Source: an uncultured Clostridium sp. (GTDB lineage Bacteria > Bacillota > Clostridia > Lachnospirales > Lachnospiraceae). Taken from it: 64,000 nucleotides of DNA. Under the pieces are notes generated by a model. It saw only the letters and a program-made list of their open reading frames with translations. It was not told the origin of the DNA and made no database searches. Location: positions 5,260 to 69,259 of the forward strand of contig CAURBW010000027.1 of the NCBI GenBank assembly GCA_963523075.1. Reading direction: 5' to 3'. The translations under genes were made by a program, and so were the position numbers. This document shows positions 41,265 through 50,780 of the stretch, one piece after another (the stretch's first letter is position 1; every line of letters starts with the position of its first letter).

Positions 41265-41325
41265 AATCATGTAACTACCCAGATACAAAACATAATCACA
41301 AATACAGGTTAGTTTTAGAGAGTTT

Positions 41326-41423
41326 TTTGTAAGTTTTTCTTTATTCAAAAAGGTTATTAAAAAGGAGCTTTTTACAGCCCCTCCTCAATAACCTTTTTTA
41401 TTTAGTTCTTAAAACCTTACAAA
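41326..41423 (-). terminator. Extended hairpin immediately after the DGR target stop codon
   Basis: 12-bp perfect arms 41347-58/41387-98 extended by 11 pairs (4 G-U) around loop GTAAAA; outer arms 41326-38/41411-23 match 12/13. Confidence 0.75.
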
Positions 41424-43220
41424 CTATGCTATTTTCGATTGAGGCACATACAGCAAGCGACCGCCGATACTCCGATAACGATAAGAGGAGCCATCAATCA
41501 AACTAACAGTCCACGCCCCACAACCGGAGCCATCACCCCACCTACCCCCCAATACAGCAACGAGAAAACCTAAGGATGTAGTTGCATTCCAAATATAATC
41601 ACCAATCGGTAAGCTACTGGAGCCTGCGTGTTCTGTAGGTAAGAAGAGATAAGGATATTCCTCGTCATAACCAAAAGCACTTTGATAGCCATAATCTCTA
41701 ATGGCATTAGCGTCAAACATAGAATATCCACTACTGGTATCGTCTGTCATACTTCCGTACCCTTTTACAAATACGGTATCTGTAGATGCATCTTTAGCAT
41801 AGTGGTTAATACCGTCCAACCAAGTCCAAATATTACCCCATAAGTTTTCCTCCCCCCTGTAGGATACAGAACACTTACCGTTTTCTCCTCCGTCTGGAAT
41901 ACCAGAACCATTACCGATACCAGACGTAGCACCTGTCACTAAAGACATATTAGTAGAGCCGTCATCCGTAAAAGTGGATACACCTTGACCGATCTTACCT
42001 TGACTGTCAAAGGAGGCATATTCTACTAAGATTAACCATTGAGTAACAGATAAAGCAAAAATATTATGCAACTGCCAACCTGCCCCACGATTATTACACA
42101 GCTTTCTTGTATTTGCTCTGGTTAAACTCTGTGTTAGTCCACTGGCTGGCTTAGCCCCAGCAATGCTACAAAGCAAATCTGTAGCAAAATCCGCTACCTG
42201 TTCATCACTTTTGAGGTAAGCACTGGCAGAAGTATCATAGATAGATCCCTCAAAGGCTGGTAAGTAAATATTATTTTGAATAATACCGTTATTATCTTTA
42301 AAGGCATCGTTTACTTTAAATCCTGTTTTAGGAGTAGCAGAAATATAATACTTCGCTTTACTCAACTGTTTACCTCTTCCAGAAGTAGCTAATTTAGCCT
42401 TTACAGGTACCACTTTTGTATAAATTACAGGCTGTTCTACCATTACTTGAACAATAGTATTAGCAGGATATTCTACCCCGTTTACAGTGAGGGCTACGGA
42501 GGTTTTACCTGTTTCACTGTACCCCGTTTCTCCTCTGTATGCCAGTACTGTACCATCATTAGCTACAATGCATCTCCTACGGTTCCACGGAGCTAAGGCG
42601 GAAAAATCAGCTCCAGCGGTAAGGTTTTCCGCCCCTGCTAATCTGGTAAATTTATTATTAGTAAAATCGACCTCCACGCCGTAAACGTCATCTTCCTCAT
42701 AACCTACAAAAGTTCTTACGTCATCAATCTGCTCCTGTAAATTTGTAATCTGTGCCACCGTAGCCCCTGCACTGGGATCCACTGTTACACTCACACTAGA
42801 GGCATTAGATACCGCTGTTATTAAGTCTACTAAGAGACTTGATACACCAATTCCATTAAACGGAGGCATCCAATCTGCTGTAGCCGTAGTCTCGTCTGCC
42901 ACGCTGATACTGTAGAGGATTTCCCCCTCCTGTGGATCTGTAGCATACAATCCTATGTTTCTTACATAATAGCCTTGCCCCAAAGTTTGATTAGAAAAAG
43001 ATGCACTCACTTTTACATTGGATCCATTCTGCCTAACTACGCTGGCAATTTTTTCAGATTGCTTTATTGTTCCTATCCCTGTTAGGCTGGCTAAATCTCC
43101 CGTAAGTTTCTGCTCACTGATTTTTACCATAGTAAAATTAAGAGTAGTGGTACCTGCCACTACCTTAGCTAATAAAGCCTGCCCTTTTGTTGTTATTACT
43201 GCACTTTTAAAAGCTCCCAT
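41424..43220 (-). CDS. Tail fibre/receptor-binding protein, DGR target with C-type-lectin-fold-like C-terminus
   Basis: N-terminal ITTKGQALLAK...NIGLYA baseplate anchor; YRGEENLWGNIWTWLDG, GGRW and IGGRL motifs; VR at 3' end. Confidence 0.9.
   Translation of the reverse strand: MGAFKSAVITTKGQALLAKVVAGTTTLNFTMVKISEQKLTGDLASLTGIGTIKQSEKIASVVRQNGSNVKVSASFSNQTLGQGYYVRNIGLYATDPQEGEILYSISVADETTATADWMPPFNGIGVSSLLVDLITAVSNASSVSVTVDPSAGATVAQITNLQEQIDDVRTFVGYEEDDVYGVEVDFTNNKFTRLAGAENLTAGADFSALAPWNRRRCIVANDGTVLAYRGETGYSETGKTSVALTVNGVEYPANTIVQVMVEQPVIYTKVVPVKAKLATSGRGKQLSKAKYYISATPKTGFKVNDAFKDNNGIIQNNIYLPAFEGSIYDTSASAYLKSDEQVADFATDLLCSIAGAKPASGLTQSLTRANTRKLCNNRGAGWQLHNIFALSVTQWLILVEYASFDSQGKIGQGVSTFTDDGSTNMSLVTGATSGIGNGSGIPDGGENGKCSVSYRGEENLWGNIWTWLDGINHYAKDASTDTVFVKGYGSMTDDTSSGYSMFDANAIRDYGYQSAFGYDEEYPYLFLPTEHAGSSSLPIGDYIWNATTSLGFLVAVLGGRWGDGSGCGAWTVSLIDGSSYRYRSIGGRLLYVPQSKIA
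41444..41568 (-). repeat. DGR variable repeat (VR)
   Basis: Encodes FLVAVLGGRWGDGSGCGAWTVSLIDGSSYRYRSIGGRLLYV at the tail-fibre C-terminus. Confidence 0.97.
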
Positions 43221-43245
43221 TATATCACTCCTTTTCTTAAATTGC

Positions 43246-44118
43246 TTAGTTTAGGGTAATTACCATAGCCTTACTTACAGGACTGGCTACAGCGGAATTA
43301 CCAGTTACATTAGCCTCAATATTTAGATCATGGGTTATAATCTGTGTTTGGGCTACCCCCACACCTACCGCACTTGTCAACGATCCCTCTACGGCATCCT
43401 CTAACTCTACATCATGAGTTATTACACCAGAGGAGCCTATGGATCCTACAAGGGAAATATGTAGGGATGTTTCTTGTAATACAGTGTCTTTTATATCATT
43501 TGTTATAATATGAGTTTCTGCATTTGATACCCCATTTGCATAATACAGATACCCAGTGTTTATATACTCACGGTTAATATCATTTGTAATCTGATATACC
43601 ATAGCGGTACAGGTAACAACTCCCACACTAAATAGGCTGGTTTTAACAGCTTCTATAGTATTTTTTAAATTGAGCACCAGATTACAGGGGAGCATATCCT
43701 CCAAAAGAGAGGCTACTGTATCAAAAGCACCAGCAACGCCTAAATGAGTGGAAATATCAATCTCATATTCATTGTACCGCTGTGTGATGGTAAAGCTCTC
43801 ATCATCTCCACAGATAGATACCATACGATTATAAAGCTCTTTATCTGTATAAGGTACCTTATCATTCCACTTAACAAGAACATTAAGCCTCCTCGTTTCT
43901 AGGCTATCTCCGTCCGCTGGATAAATCCCTATCATATCCTCAAAGCGTTTTATACCATACTCATCTGCTGTAGAAATAAACATATTAGCAAGTGTACGAT
44001 CTATTGCTTCTAGGATATATTTAAGCTCTGGCTCCTCCGCTATAGCAATCTGTTTAAACTCTTTTATCTGCCTTAGCAGAGGCATCCAGTAGCTAAGTAA
44101 ATTAACGTCTTTAGCCAT
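43246..44118 (-). CDS. Baseplate protein (XkdU/DUF2313-like)
   Basis: FISTADEYGIKRFE, SLETRR, LPCNL; follows baseplate J. Confidence 0.75.
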   Translation of the reverse strand: MAKDVNLLSYWMPLLRQIKEFKQIAIAEEPELKYILEAIDRTLANMFISTADEYGIKRFEDMIGIYPADGDSLETRRLNVLVKWNDKVPYTDKELYNRMVSICGDDESFTITQRYNEYEIDISTHLGVAGAFDTVASLLEDMLPCNLVLNLKNTIEAVKTSLFSVGVVTCTAMVYQITNDINREYINTGYLYYANGVSNAETHIITNDIKDTVLQETSLHISLVGSIGSSGVITHDVELEDAVEGSLTSAVGVGVAQTQIITHDLNIEANVTGNSAVASPVSKAMVITLN

Positions 44119-45175
44119 TACTTAACACCCCCAATACTGGGAGCTGATCCTCTGTTAGAGTAAGATTACTTGCTACTCCGTTAAGTTTGGTATTAAGTAC
44201 GTCTACCACTCCCTCTAAATTGAGTATTCTATTTTCAATCTGGGAAACCCTCACTACTAGGCTACCATTTTCCCACGCCTTTCTCATTTCCAAGAAATAC
44301 GCCTCTAATGCCTCTGTAGCTTTTGGCTTTATCTGGTTCCATGTATACCCCTCATTAAGAGTTATGGATATTTCCACATCTACAGTTAATTGAGTAGCGG
44401 ATACCACTGTTACGGTATGCCCTATAGGTGCTATCCCTACGCCTGTACCTTGCGGAGATGGATCTATAGCCTCCTGTACGGTATTTACTAAAACAGTAGA
44501 GGCTACATTGTAATTACTATCAATTATGATTAGTTTTACAGTGCCTCCTCCAGCCCAAACAGGGATAACAACGGTACCTCCTACACCGTTTAATGCGTCT
44601 GTTTTCTCCTTATAATCCTGTTTATTACCCCCATAAGGATTACTGTCAAAAGAATTAAGATACCTTGCTCTAAGAACTTCTGTAGCCTCCTCATCCTCCG
44701 CTGGAATGAGTAGTTCTGTAAGCTCTCCCTCCAAATTTTTATTGATATACTCAATACTGGAGAGCTCTCCAAAGTACTTATTACCCTCCACCCCTACGAT
44801 TTCACATTCCATTTGGTAATAAAAAAAGCCATCCGCACTCTCTATAAATGCTGTGGCTTTATAATTCAGCTCATCTAAGCTAAATCTTGATCCTATAGGT
44901 ATCTCCCTATTAAATTTACCCTTTAGAGTAGCTTTAGTGGCATCAGAGGGAATAATACCACGCTCTTTACACCGTAATATTAAATACTCTCTAATGGCGG
45001 TATCGGCGTATCCATTCTGTATGATACCGTCCAGCAAAATATAGATATTAGCGTGTTCTGCGGATACTGGAGCTACAGCATTCATAATTACAGAGCCCTC
45101 ACGTTTATCCACATCTGTAGTTACTCTTGCCAGAGATCTATCTAATATAGTTTCGTAGGTCTGATCCTCATACAT
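44111..45175 (-). CDS. Baseplate J-like protein (XkdT)
   Basis: DKREGS, GGNKQDY, PVWAGGGTVK, APIGHTVTV. Confidence 0.88.
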   Translation of the reverse strand: MYEDQTYETILDRSLARVTTDVDKREGSVIMNAVAPVSAEHANIYILLDGIIQNGYADTAIREYLILRCKERGIIPSDATKATLKGKFNREIPIGSRFSLDELNYKATAFIESADGFFYYQMECEIVGVEGNKYFGELSSIEYINKNLEGELTELLIPAEDEEATEVLRARYLNSFDSNPYGGNKQDYKEKTDALNGVGGTVVIPVWAGGGTVKLIIIDSNYNVASTVLVNTVQEAIDPSPQGTGVGIAPIGHTVTVVSATQLTVDVEISITLNEGYTWNQIKPKATEALEAYFLEMRKAWENGSLVVRVSQIENRILNLEGVVDVLNTKLNGVASNLTLTEDQLPVLGVLSNG

Positions 45176-45584
45176 TCATTTCCACCTCCTTACTGCCTAC
45201 ATCCGTTACAAGTTTAAATTTGATATATAGTTTATCTTTAATCTGGGATACTTCCAGATCCTCTATGCCCGTTATATGTTCATTCTCCAATAAACACTCT
45301 AACATATACCGCTCAACCTCACTATGGAGGTATTCCTCACTGTAGGAGTATCCTATGAGATTAGTGTATTCCTCCCCATAGCCCCAGCTATAAATTACCC
45401 AGCGGTACCTCTTAGCCTTTAGAGCTAAGTAAGCCCACACACAAAGAGCATTCACGCCCTCTACAATCTTACCAGTGAGCTTACCGCTTTTAAAATCAAG
45501 CTCATATTCACGGATAGAAGAGGCTGTAACGGTAGTTTCTGCTAAAGCCAGTTCTGCATCCGTGGCAAAGGGAAACAAACTCAT
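45168..45584 (-). CDS. Baseplate wedge protein (XkdS/DUF2634-like)
   Basis: RYRWVIYSWGYG motif; gene order. Confidence 0.8.
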   Translation of the reverse strand: MSLFPFATDAELALAETTVTASSIREYELDFKSGKLTGKIVEGVNALCVWAYLALKAKRYRWVIYSWGYGEEYTNLIGYSYSEEYLHSEVERYMLECLLENEHITGIEDLEVSQIKDKLYIKFKLVTDVGSKEVEMNV

Positions 45585-45994
45585 TATGCACTCACCACCC
45601 TTACCAAAATTACATACATATTATTGTTATTTAGTTTTTGTACCACTACCAGATCCCCTTTTTTTAACCCGTCTGTATAGGTTATCTTTGCCTGCTTAGT
45701 TAGGCTCACATCTGGATCTGGATTATCTTCACTCACAAAACCGTTATTCTGTGTAGTGTCTACGGATACAGCGGATACATATGGCATTTTAAGCTCTCTG
45801 GTATACCCAGATACTAAGTAATCTGCTATGTAAAGATCCTCCGCATTGAGTACCAAATCATCCACTTTTACGCTGTTAGCACTTTGCATAACTCCCAATT
45901 GGATAGTGATAGGGTTATCTTTCTTTCCCTGATCTCTCATCATCCCCAGCATTTCAGCGTAATTGTGATCGTTTTTCATGTCACTCTCTGCCAT
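45584..45994 (-). CDS. Baseplate spike-region protein (XkdR/DUF2577-like)
   Basis: GLKKGDLVVV...YVILVRV; gene order. Confidence 0.72.
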   Translation of the reverse strand: MAESDMKNDHNYAEMLGMMRDQGKKDNPITIQLGVMQSANSVKVDDLVLNAEDLYIADYLVSGYTRELKMPYVSAVSVDTTQNNGFVSEDNPDPDVSLTKQAKITYTDGLKKGDLVVVQKLNNNNMYVILVRVVSA

Positions 45995-45995
45995 A

Positions 45996-46946
45996 TTATC
46001 CCTCCTTTGTATCCATCATTTGTTTAAGAGTAACGGTAAGGCTCATGGTAGCTACTCCATTCTGCCATGTATGAGTATCTGAATCAATCCATACAACACC
46101 ACTAAGCCCTGTGGAGCTATCTCTTACTACAGCTCCAGCTCCAGTAACAGCTCCATTATGATTAACACACTCCAGAGTAAAGGTTTTTTCCACACCATTA
46201 AACATACTCTTAGCTGTAGTAGTGGGATCCTTACCCTCCTCTTTTGTATATACCTGCTGAAAAATTCCATATTTCAAATCTGTATCATTTTGTACTACCC
46301 CTGCTGGATTACCCTCTCCATCATAAATCCTCACTTTATTTACCATATTAGCTAAGGTTTCTTTATAATTGGAGGAAGTAAGGTTACTGTCCTCTGTTAG
46401 TTCTATTTCACAAACTACATTACCCATTTCCTCTACATTGAGGTATCCTTTCTTAGCGGTTACTCTGTAGCTTACCCCGTTTTGTTGGTACGCTTGTGTA
46501 TAGGCTCTCATAATAATTTCATAGATAGATACCCCCTGCACAATGAGCTTTTGTGAGATCCCCGTACTTGCTAAATTTCCTACGGGGATCTCCATATCAT
46601 CACATACCATCTGGGTTATAGCCTCTGCGGTTTTACTGCTAAAATTATAAGTAGCATTACTCTTTATCATATAGTAAAGAAGATCATAGGCTGTATAAGT
46701 TACTGTACCTGTTGTACTACTAGCCTCCCTTTCCACAACAAAACCTCTAAAGAGCTCCGTTACTCCGTCATCCTCAAAAAGGTATATAGGATCCGCAAGT
46801 CCTATACTTAAAGGGATAATATTTTTATCCAAGGGAGCATTTACCACATTCAGCTCCAACTTTCTAGCTACCTCTGATCGGCTCCCTCCCCAACTCATGG
46901 CAGATACATAATCTGTAATATCCGTATCCTTGTGTACCACTATCAC
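45996..46946 (-). CDS. Baseplate hub protein (XkdQ-like)
   Basis: WGGS..EVARKL, TAYDLLYY, KYGIFQ; GTG start after AGGAGG. Confidence 0.8.
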   Translation of the reverse strand: MIVVHKDTDITDYVSAMSWGGSRSEVARKLELNVVNAPLDKNIIPLSIGLADPIYLFEDDGVTELFRGFVVEREASSTTGTVTYTAYDLLYYMIKSNATYNFSSKTAEAITQMVCDDMEIPVGNLASTGISQKLIVQGVSIYEIIMRAYTQAYQQNGVSYRVTAKKGYLNVEEMGNVVCEIELTEDSNLTSSNYKETLANMVNKVRIYDGEGNPAGVVQNDTDLKYGIFQQVYTKEEGKDPTTTAKSMFNGVEKTFTLECVNHNGAVTGAGAVVRDSSTGLSGVVWIDSDTHTWQNGVATMSLTVTLKQMMDTKEG

Positions 46947-46959
46947 TCCTACCACCTCC

Positions 46960-47580
46960 TTAAGGAATTGTTAATACTTGCCCTGGATAAATTAGATTAG
47001 GATTTTTTATTTTATCAGTGTTAGCACTGTAAATCTTATTGTACTCTGCCCCATTTCCGTAAAACTGCTTAGCAATTTTCCATAAGCTATCTCCACTCAC
47101 TACCGTATATGTTTTACCTCCGCTCTGTTGGGAGGCTCTGGTAGTAGGTTGAACTGTTGCTATTGTGACGGTAGCTTTCTTTGTTTTGATTTTCTTGTAC
47201 TCTTTGAGATAACAGGTATAATATACATCTCCTGTGGCATCCTGTTCTCCATAACTAAAGCTCTCAATAGTTGCCTCCATATTGAGTACACCTGTTATAA
47301 TTACCCTCACAGGCTCTCCAGACGTTCTCCAGCTTTCTATCTTCTTTACATAAGATAAGGGCTCTTTTCTGCCAGAATTATTACTAAAATTATAATCTTT
47401 AGCTGGAAAGAAAGAGCTAAGAGTAACTTCTCTTAGCCCTGTTTTTCCTATGAGGTTTATATCTCCTACCTGTATAACATTTACTACCGTATTTCTATGA
47501 GTTACTGTTACCGTAAAGTCAGAGGGCTTTACTGGCAACCGAAACTTTGTATCACTCTCTTTCTGTAACCAAAACTCCAT
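46960..47580 (-). CDS. LysM tail-tube initiator (XkdP-like)
   Basis: LPVKP, SSFFP, LKEY; C-terminal LysM YTVVSGDSLWKIA...LIYPGQVL. Confidence 0.85.
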   Translation of the reverse strand: MEFWLQKESDTKFRLPVKPSDFTVTVTHRNTVVNVIQVGDINLIGKTGLREVTLSSFFPAKDYNFSNNSGRKEPLSYVKKIESWRTSGEPVRVIITGVLNMEATIESFSYGEQDATGDVYYTCYLKEYKKIKTKKATVTIATVQPTTRASQQSGGKTYTVVSGDSLWKIAKQFYGNGAEYNKIYSANTDKIKNPNLIYPGQVLTIP

Positions 47581-47596
47581 TTACCATCCCTCCTCC

Positions 47597-50551
47597 TTAT
47601 GGCATATTAGGTATGAGCTTTTTAAACTTAGCTACCATATCCTCTACAACCTTATCCACATCCGCCTCTTTTTCAATGATAACGGTATCTGCTAACTTTT
47701 CAATATTGACGGTAGATCCTGCTTTACTCACTTGCTCCCTTTCCTGTGTTTCTCCTCCCCCTCCTGTATCTCCTGTACTGCCTGTTCCTCCTGTTATTGA
47801 CTTAACCTCTGCGGATAACTTTACACCTCTGGTACTCATAGATCTTTCATACTGATCCGCTTGATTGCGTGTTAAAACTTTTTCCCCTTGATGTAATACT
47901 GCTGGGTAATTATCATAAGGTACTCTATCTTTACCATAAGCAAAACCAAACCAGCCACCGATGGTATCAATACCGTTTCCCACAAAATCAGCTACACCAC
48001 TTATAGCATCTCCAACTTTCCCTAAACCGTTGGCTATACCCTCAAAGATACCAGAAAGCACATCCCACACACTCTGTACTACACTTTGAATAGTAGGGAA
48101 AACAGCCTCTACACAGGTAAGCAAAGCATCAAAAATCTGTATAGCTAAGTCCATGATCGGAGAGATTATACTCCACGCTGAACTAAGTACGCTGGCAACA
48201 ATCTCTATAGCATTTTGTAAAATAGGAGCTACCGTTTCAAAAATACCTTGTATGAGCCCCATGTGAGAAGTCACTACCCCCACAATTTGAGCTATCTTAT
48301 CCCCCAGCCCTTGAAAAATAGTCTGGACTACTGGGAAAATGGTAGCTACCACATTGGAAAATGTTTGGATAATTCCCTCAACTATAGGCATAGCACTTTG
48401 TATTAGCCCTGCAAAAGCGGTAATAATCGGCATAACACTCTGTAGTACCATGTTTATTACATTACTTATAATTGGGAAAACCGTTTGTATAATTTGGCTG
48501 AAAACTGTTATAAGATTAGATACAATCGGCATTACCCCTATAAAGACCTGCCCTAAACTCTGAATAATGGGGAATATCGTAGGAAGTACCGCCCCTATTA
48601 CCTGTGCCATATTGGATATAATTCCCTCAACTACAGGGATGGCACTTTGTACCACACTTGCAAAACCCTCTATAAACCCATCGGATCCGCTAAATGCTCC
48701 AGAAAGAGCACTCTGTACCACAGGAGCTACACGCTCAAACATGGCACCGATTTCTCCCACCACAGGAGCCATTGTGGTAATGAGATTAGTTATTACTGGC
48801 ACCAATCCGCTTACCAGAGATTTTATACCTCCTATAGCCCCTTTAACACCTGTACCGATACCATTAAAGAGCGGATCTACCAAACCTCCCATAGAGGAGG
48901 GTAAAATGTTAACCATTCCCTCCTTAAGGCTTTTTATAATAGCTCCTCCAGCCTCTTTAATCTTAGGAGAGGCTTTAGAAATACCTGTGCTAATAGCACT
49001 AGGTAACGCTGTAATAACACGCCCTATCATAGGAATAGCATTATCAAACAGGAATGTAGAGGCTGTATCTACTAACTGCTCCATAGAGCTTGTTACATCT
49101 CCACCTATAGCCAGATTACCTAACAAATTTTGAGCGGAGGCTTTCATTGATGCAAAAGATCCGCTAAAGGTACTACTTGCCTCCTTTGCTGTAGTGCCTG
49201 TTATGTCTAAGTTACCCTGTATTACATGAATAGCGTTGTACACATCTGATAAATTACTCATATCGTACTTTACACCAGAGATTTTAGTAGCGTCTGTTAA
49301 GAGCCTCGTCATCTCTTCCTGTGTACCGCCGTAACCCAGCTTAAGATTATCCAGCATGGTATAATTCTGCTTAGCAAAACCAGAATAAGCGTTTTGTATA
49401 GCATCCATACTGGTACCCATTTTGTTAGCATTGTCTGACATATCAATAATAGCCATATCGGCTACTTGTGCCGACTTTGCGGTATCTCCTCCCAAACTCC
49501 CCAATAGAGAAGCTGAAAACCCTGTTACAGTTTCCATATAAGCATTAGCGGATAATCCAGCGGTTTTAAACGCCTTGTCTGCATTAGCTTTTACTGTACC
49601 AGCATCCCCTTTAAAAAGAGTTTCAACACCGCCTATACTCTGCTCTAAGTTAGCTCCCTCTCCAAGGGATTTTCCAACTAAGAGCCCTGCTCCAGCTCCT
49701 GCAATACCTATAGCAATGGTAGCCCCTTTAGCCAGTGTGCCTAACATATTCTTAATCTTAGAGAGCCCTGCTGTAGCACCGTCTTTCACCGCTACCATAG
49801 CCTTTACGGAGGCACTTCCGATTTTCTTTAGCCCTCCCCAAACACCACTTATTACCTTGCTTGCCCCGTCCTTTATTGCTATGAGGGGCTTAGCAACGGT
49901 TTTTCCAACGGTTTTTAAAGCATTTTTCATCCTGTTTATTACAGGACTTGCCTTATCATTAAGATTTATGAAAGGCTTACTAACTATTTTTCCTACCGTC
50001 TTTAATGCTACTCTTACCTTATTTATCCCTGCGGTAGCCCTGTCCTTTAGCATAATCAAAGGAGTTATAGTAGCCACCTTTAGCCAATTAAGAGTATTTT
50101 TGATCTTAGATAAACCCTGTGAGGCTAAGTCTCTGATTTTCACAATAGGAGTATAAGTAGTGGCTATTTGTTTGAGCTTTTGCTTGATATTATCAGTTTT
50201 AGAGGTAACATTTTCTCGTAATTTAATAAAAGGACTGGCTACAGTCTTATGGAGATTTTTGATCTTTTTATTGATCTCCTCCACCTTTCTTGTAGCCTCG
50301 TCCTCTACCTCTATTTTTGATAAGGATTTAACATCCGACATAGCACGTAGCTCTCTTTTAATTCCCATGAGGCTACCTGTTACATTATCTCTAAGCCTTA
50401 TTACAGGGTTAGCATTTTTCTTTCCTAATTCCTGTATATTTTTATCTGTGTCCTTAACCTGCTTACTAAACTCCTTTTGGATTTTAAGGTTTTTTTGTAG
50501 AGTAGCATACATATTATCTTTTAGAGACAATCTGGCACCAAAATCTATCAT
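47597..50551 (-). CDS. Tail tape measure protein
   Basis: 984 aa, amphipathic repeats; EQSIGGVETLF, QNYTMLDNLKLGYGGT, LHQGEKVLT. Confidence 0.92.
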   Translation of the reverse strand: MIDFGARLSLKDNMYATLQKNLKIQKEFSKQVKDTDKNIQELGKKNANPVIRLRDNVTGSLMGIKRELRAMSDVKSLSKIEVEDEATRKVEEINKKIKNLHKTVASPFIKLRENVTSKTDNIKQKLKQIATTYTPIVKIRDLASQGLSKIKNTLNWLKVATITPLIMLKDRATAGINKVRVALKTVGKIVSKPFINLNDKASPVINRMKNALKTVGKTVAKPLIAIKDGASKVISGVWGGLKKIGSASVKAMVAVKDGATAGLSKIKNMLGTLAKGATIAIGIAGAGAGLLVGKSLGEGANLEQSIGGVETLFKGDAGTVKANADKAFKTAGLSANAYMETVTGFSASLLGSLGGDTAKSAQVADMAIIDMSDNANKMGTSMDAIQNAYSGFAKQNYTMLDNLKLGYGGTQEEMTRLLTDATKISGVKYDMSNLSDVYNAIHVIQGNLDITGTTAKEASSTFSGSFASMKASAQNLLGNLAIGGDVTSSMEQLVDTASTFLFDNAIPMIGRVITALPSAISTGISKASPKIKEAGGAIIKSLKEGMVNILPSSMGGLVDPLFNGIGTGVKGAIGGIKSLVSGLVPVITNLITTMAPVVGEIGAMFERVAPVVQSALSGAFSGSDGFIEGFASVVQSAIPVVEGIISNMAQVIGAVLPTIFPIIQSLGQVFIGVMPIVSNLITVFSQIIQTVFPIISNVINMVLQSVMPIITAFAGLIQSAMPIVEGIIQTFSNVVATIFPVVQTIFQGLGDKIAQIVGVVTSHMGLIQGIFETVAPILQNAIEIVASVLSSAWSIISPIMDLAIQIFDALLTCVEAVFPTIQSVVQSVWDVLSGIFEGIANGLGKVGDAISGVADFVGNGIDTIGGWFGFAYGKDRVPYDNYPAVLHQGEKVLTRNQADQYERSMSTRGVKLSAEVKSITGGTGSTGDTGGGGETQEREQVSKAGSTVNIEKLADTVIIEKEADVDKVVEDMVAKFKKLIPNMP

Positions 50552-50570
50552 AATGTATGCATCTCCTTAA

Positions 50571-50780
50571 TTACTGAAACAGCATCATAGGGCAAACCAT
50601 TTTACCCTCATTTACTTTTGTTACTGCCTCGTTACGCTCCTGCATCTCCCTTTCAAAAAATGCTTGTATTACTGTGAGCTCTCCCTTAGACATAGAATAA
50701 AATACAGACGGTCTTACCCTGCCATGTTTCCAGTAAAAATACATCATCTGGGTAAGTCCGTCTGTATCAATTAGTTTTTT
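50571..50780 (-). CDS. -1 frameshift extension of tail assembly chaperone (G/GT type)
   Basis: Slippery A AAA AAC at 50780-50774 just before TAA; -1 frame open LIDTDGLTQMMYFYWKHG...MMLFQ to 50571. Confidence 0.75.
   Translation of the reverse strand, partial: KKLIDTDGLTQMMYFYWKHGRVRPSVFYSMSKGELTVIQAFFEREMQERNEAVTKVNEGKMVCPMMLFQ

Noticed and set aside
41265..41290. Extension of TR/VR homology further upstream
   Set aside because: Weak gapped similarity to 41569-41600 with non-adenine mismatches
41140..41568. TR/VR as an ordinary duplication or CRISPR-like array
   Set aside because: Only two copies, no spacers, and mismatches are restricted to adenines
48300..50400. Periodic repeats in the tape measure gene and long antisense ORFs
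   Set aside because: Normal tape-measure periodicity; antisense ORFs are shadows of the coding strand
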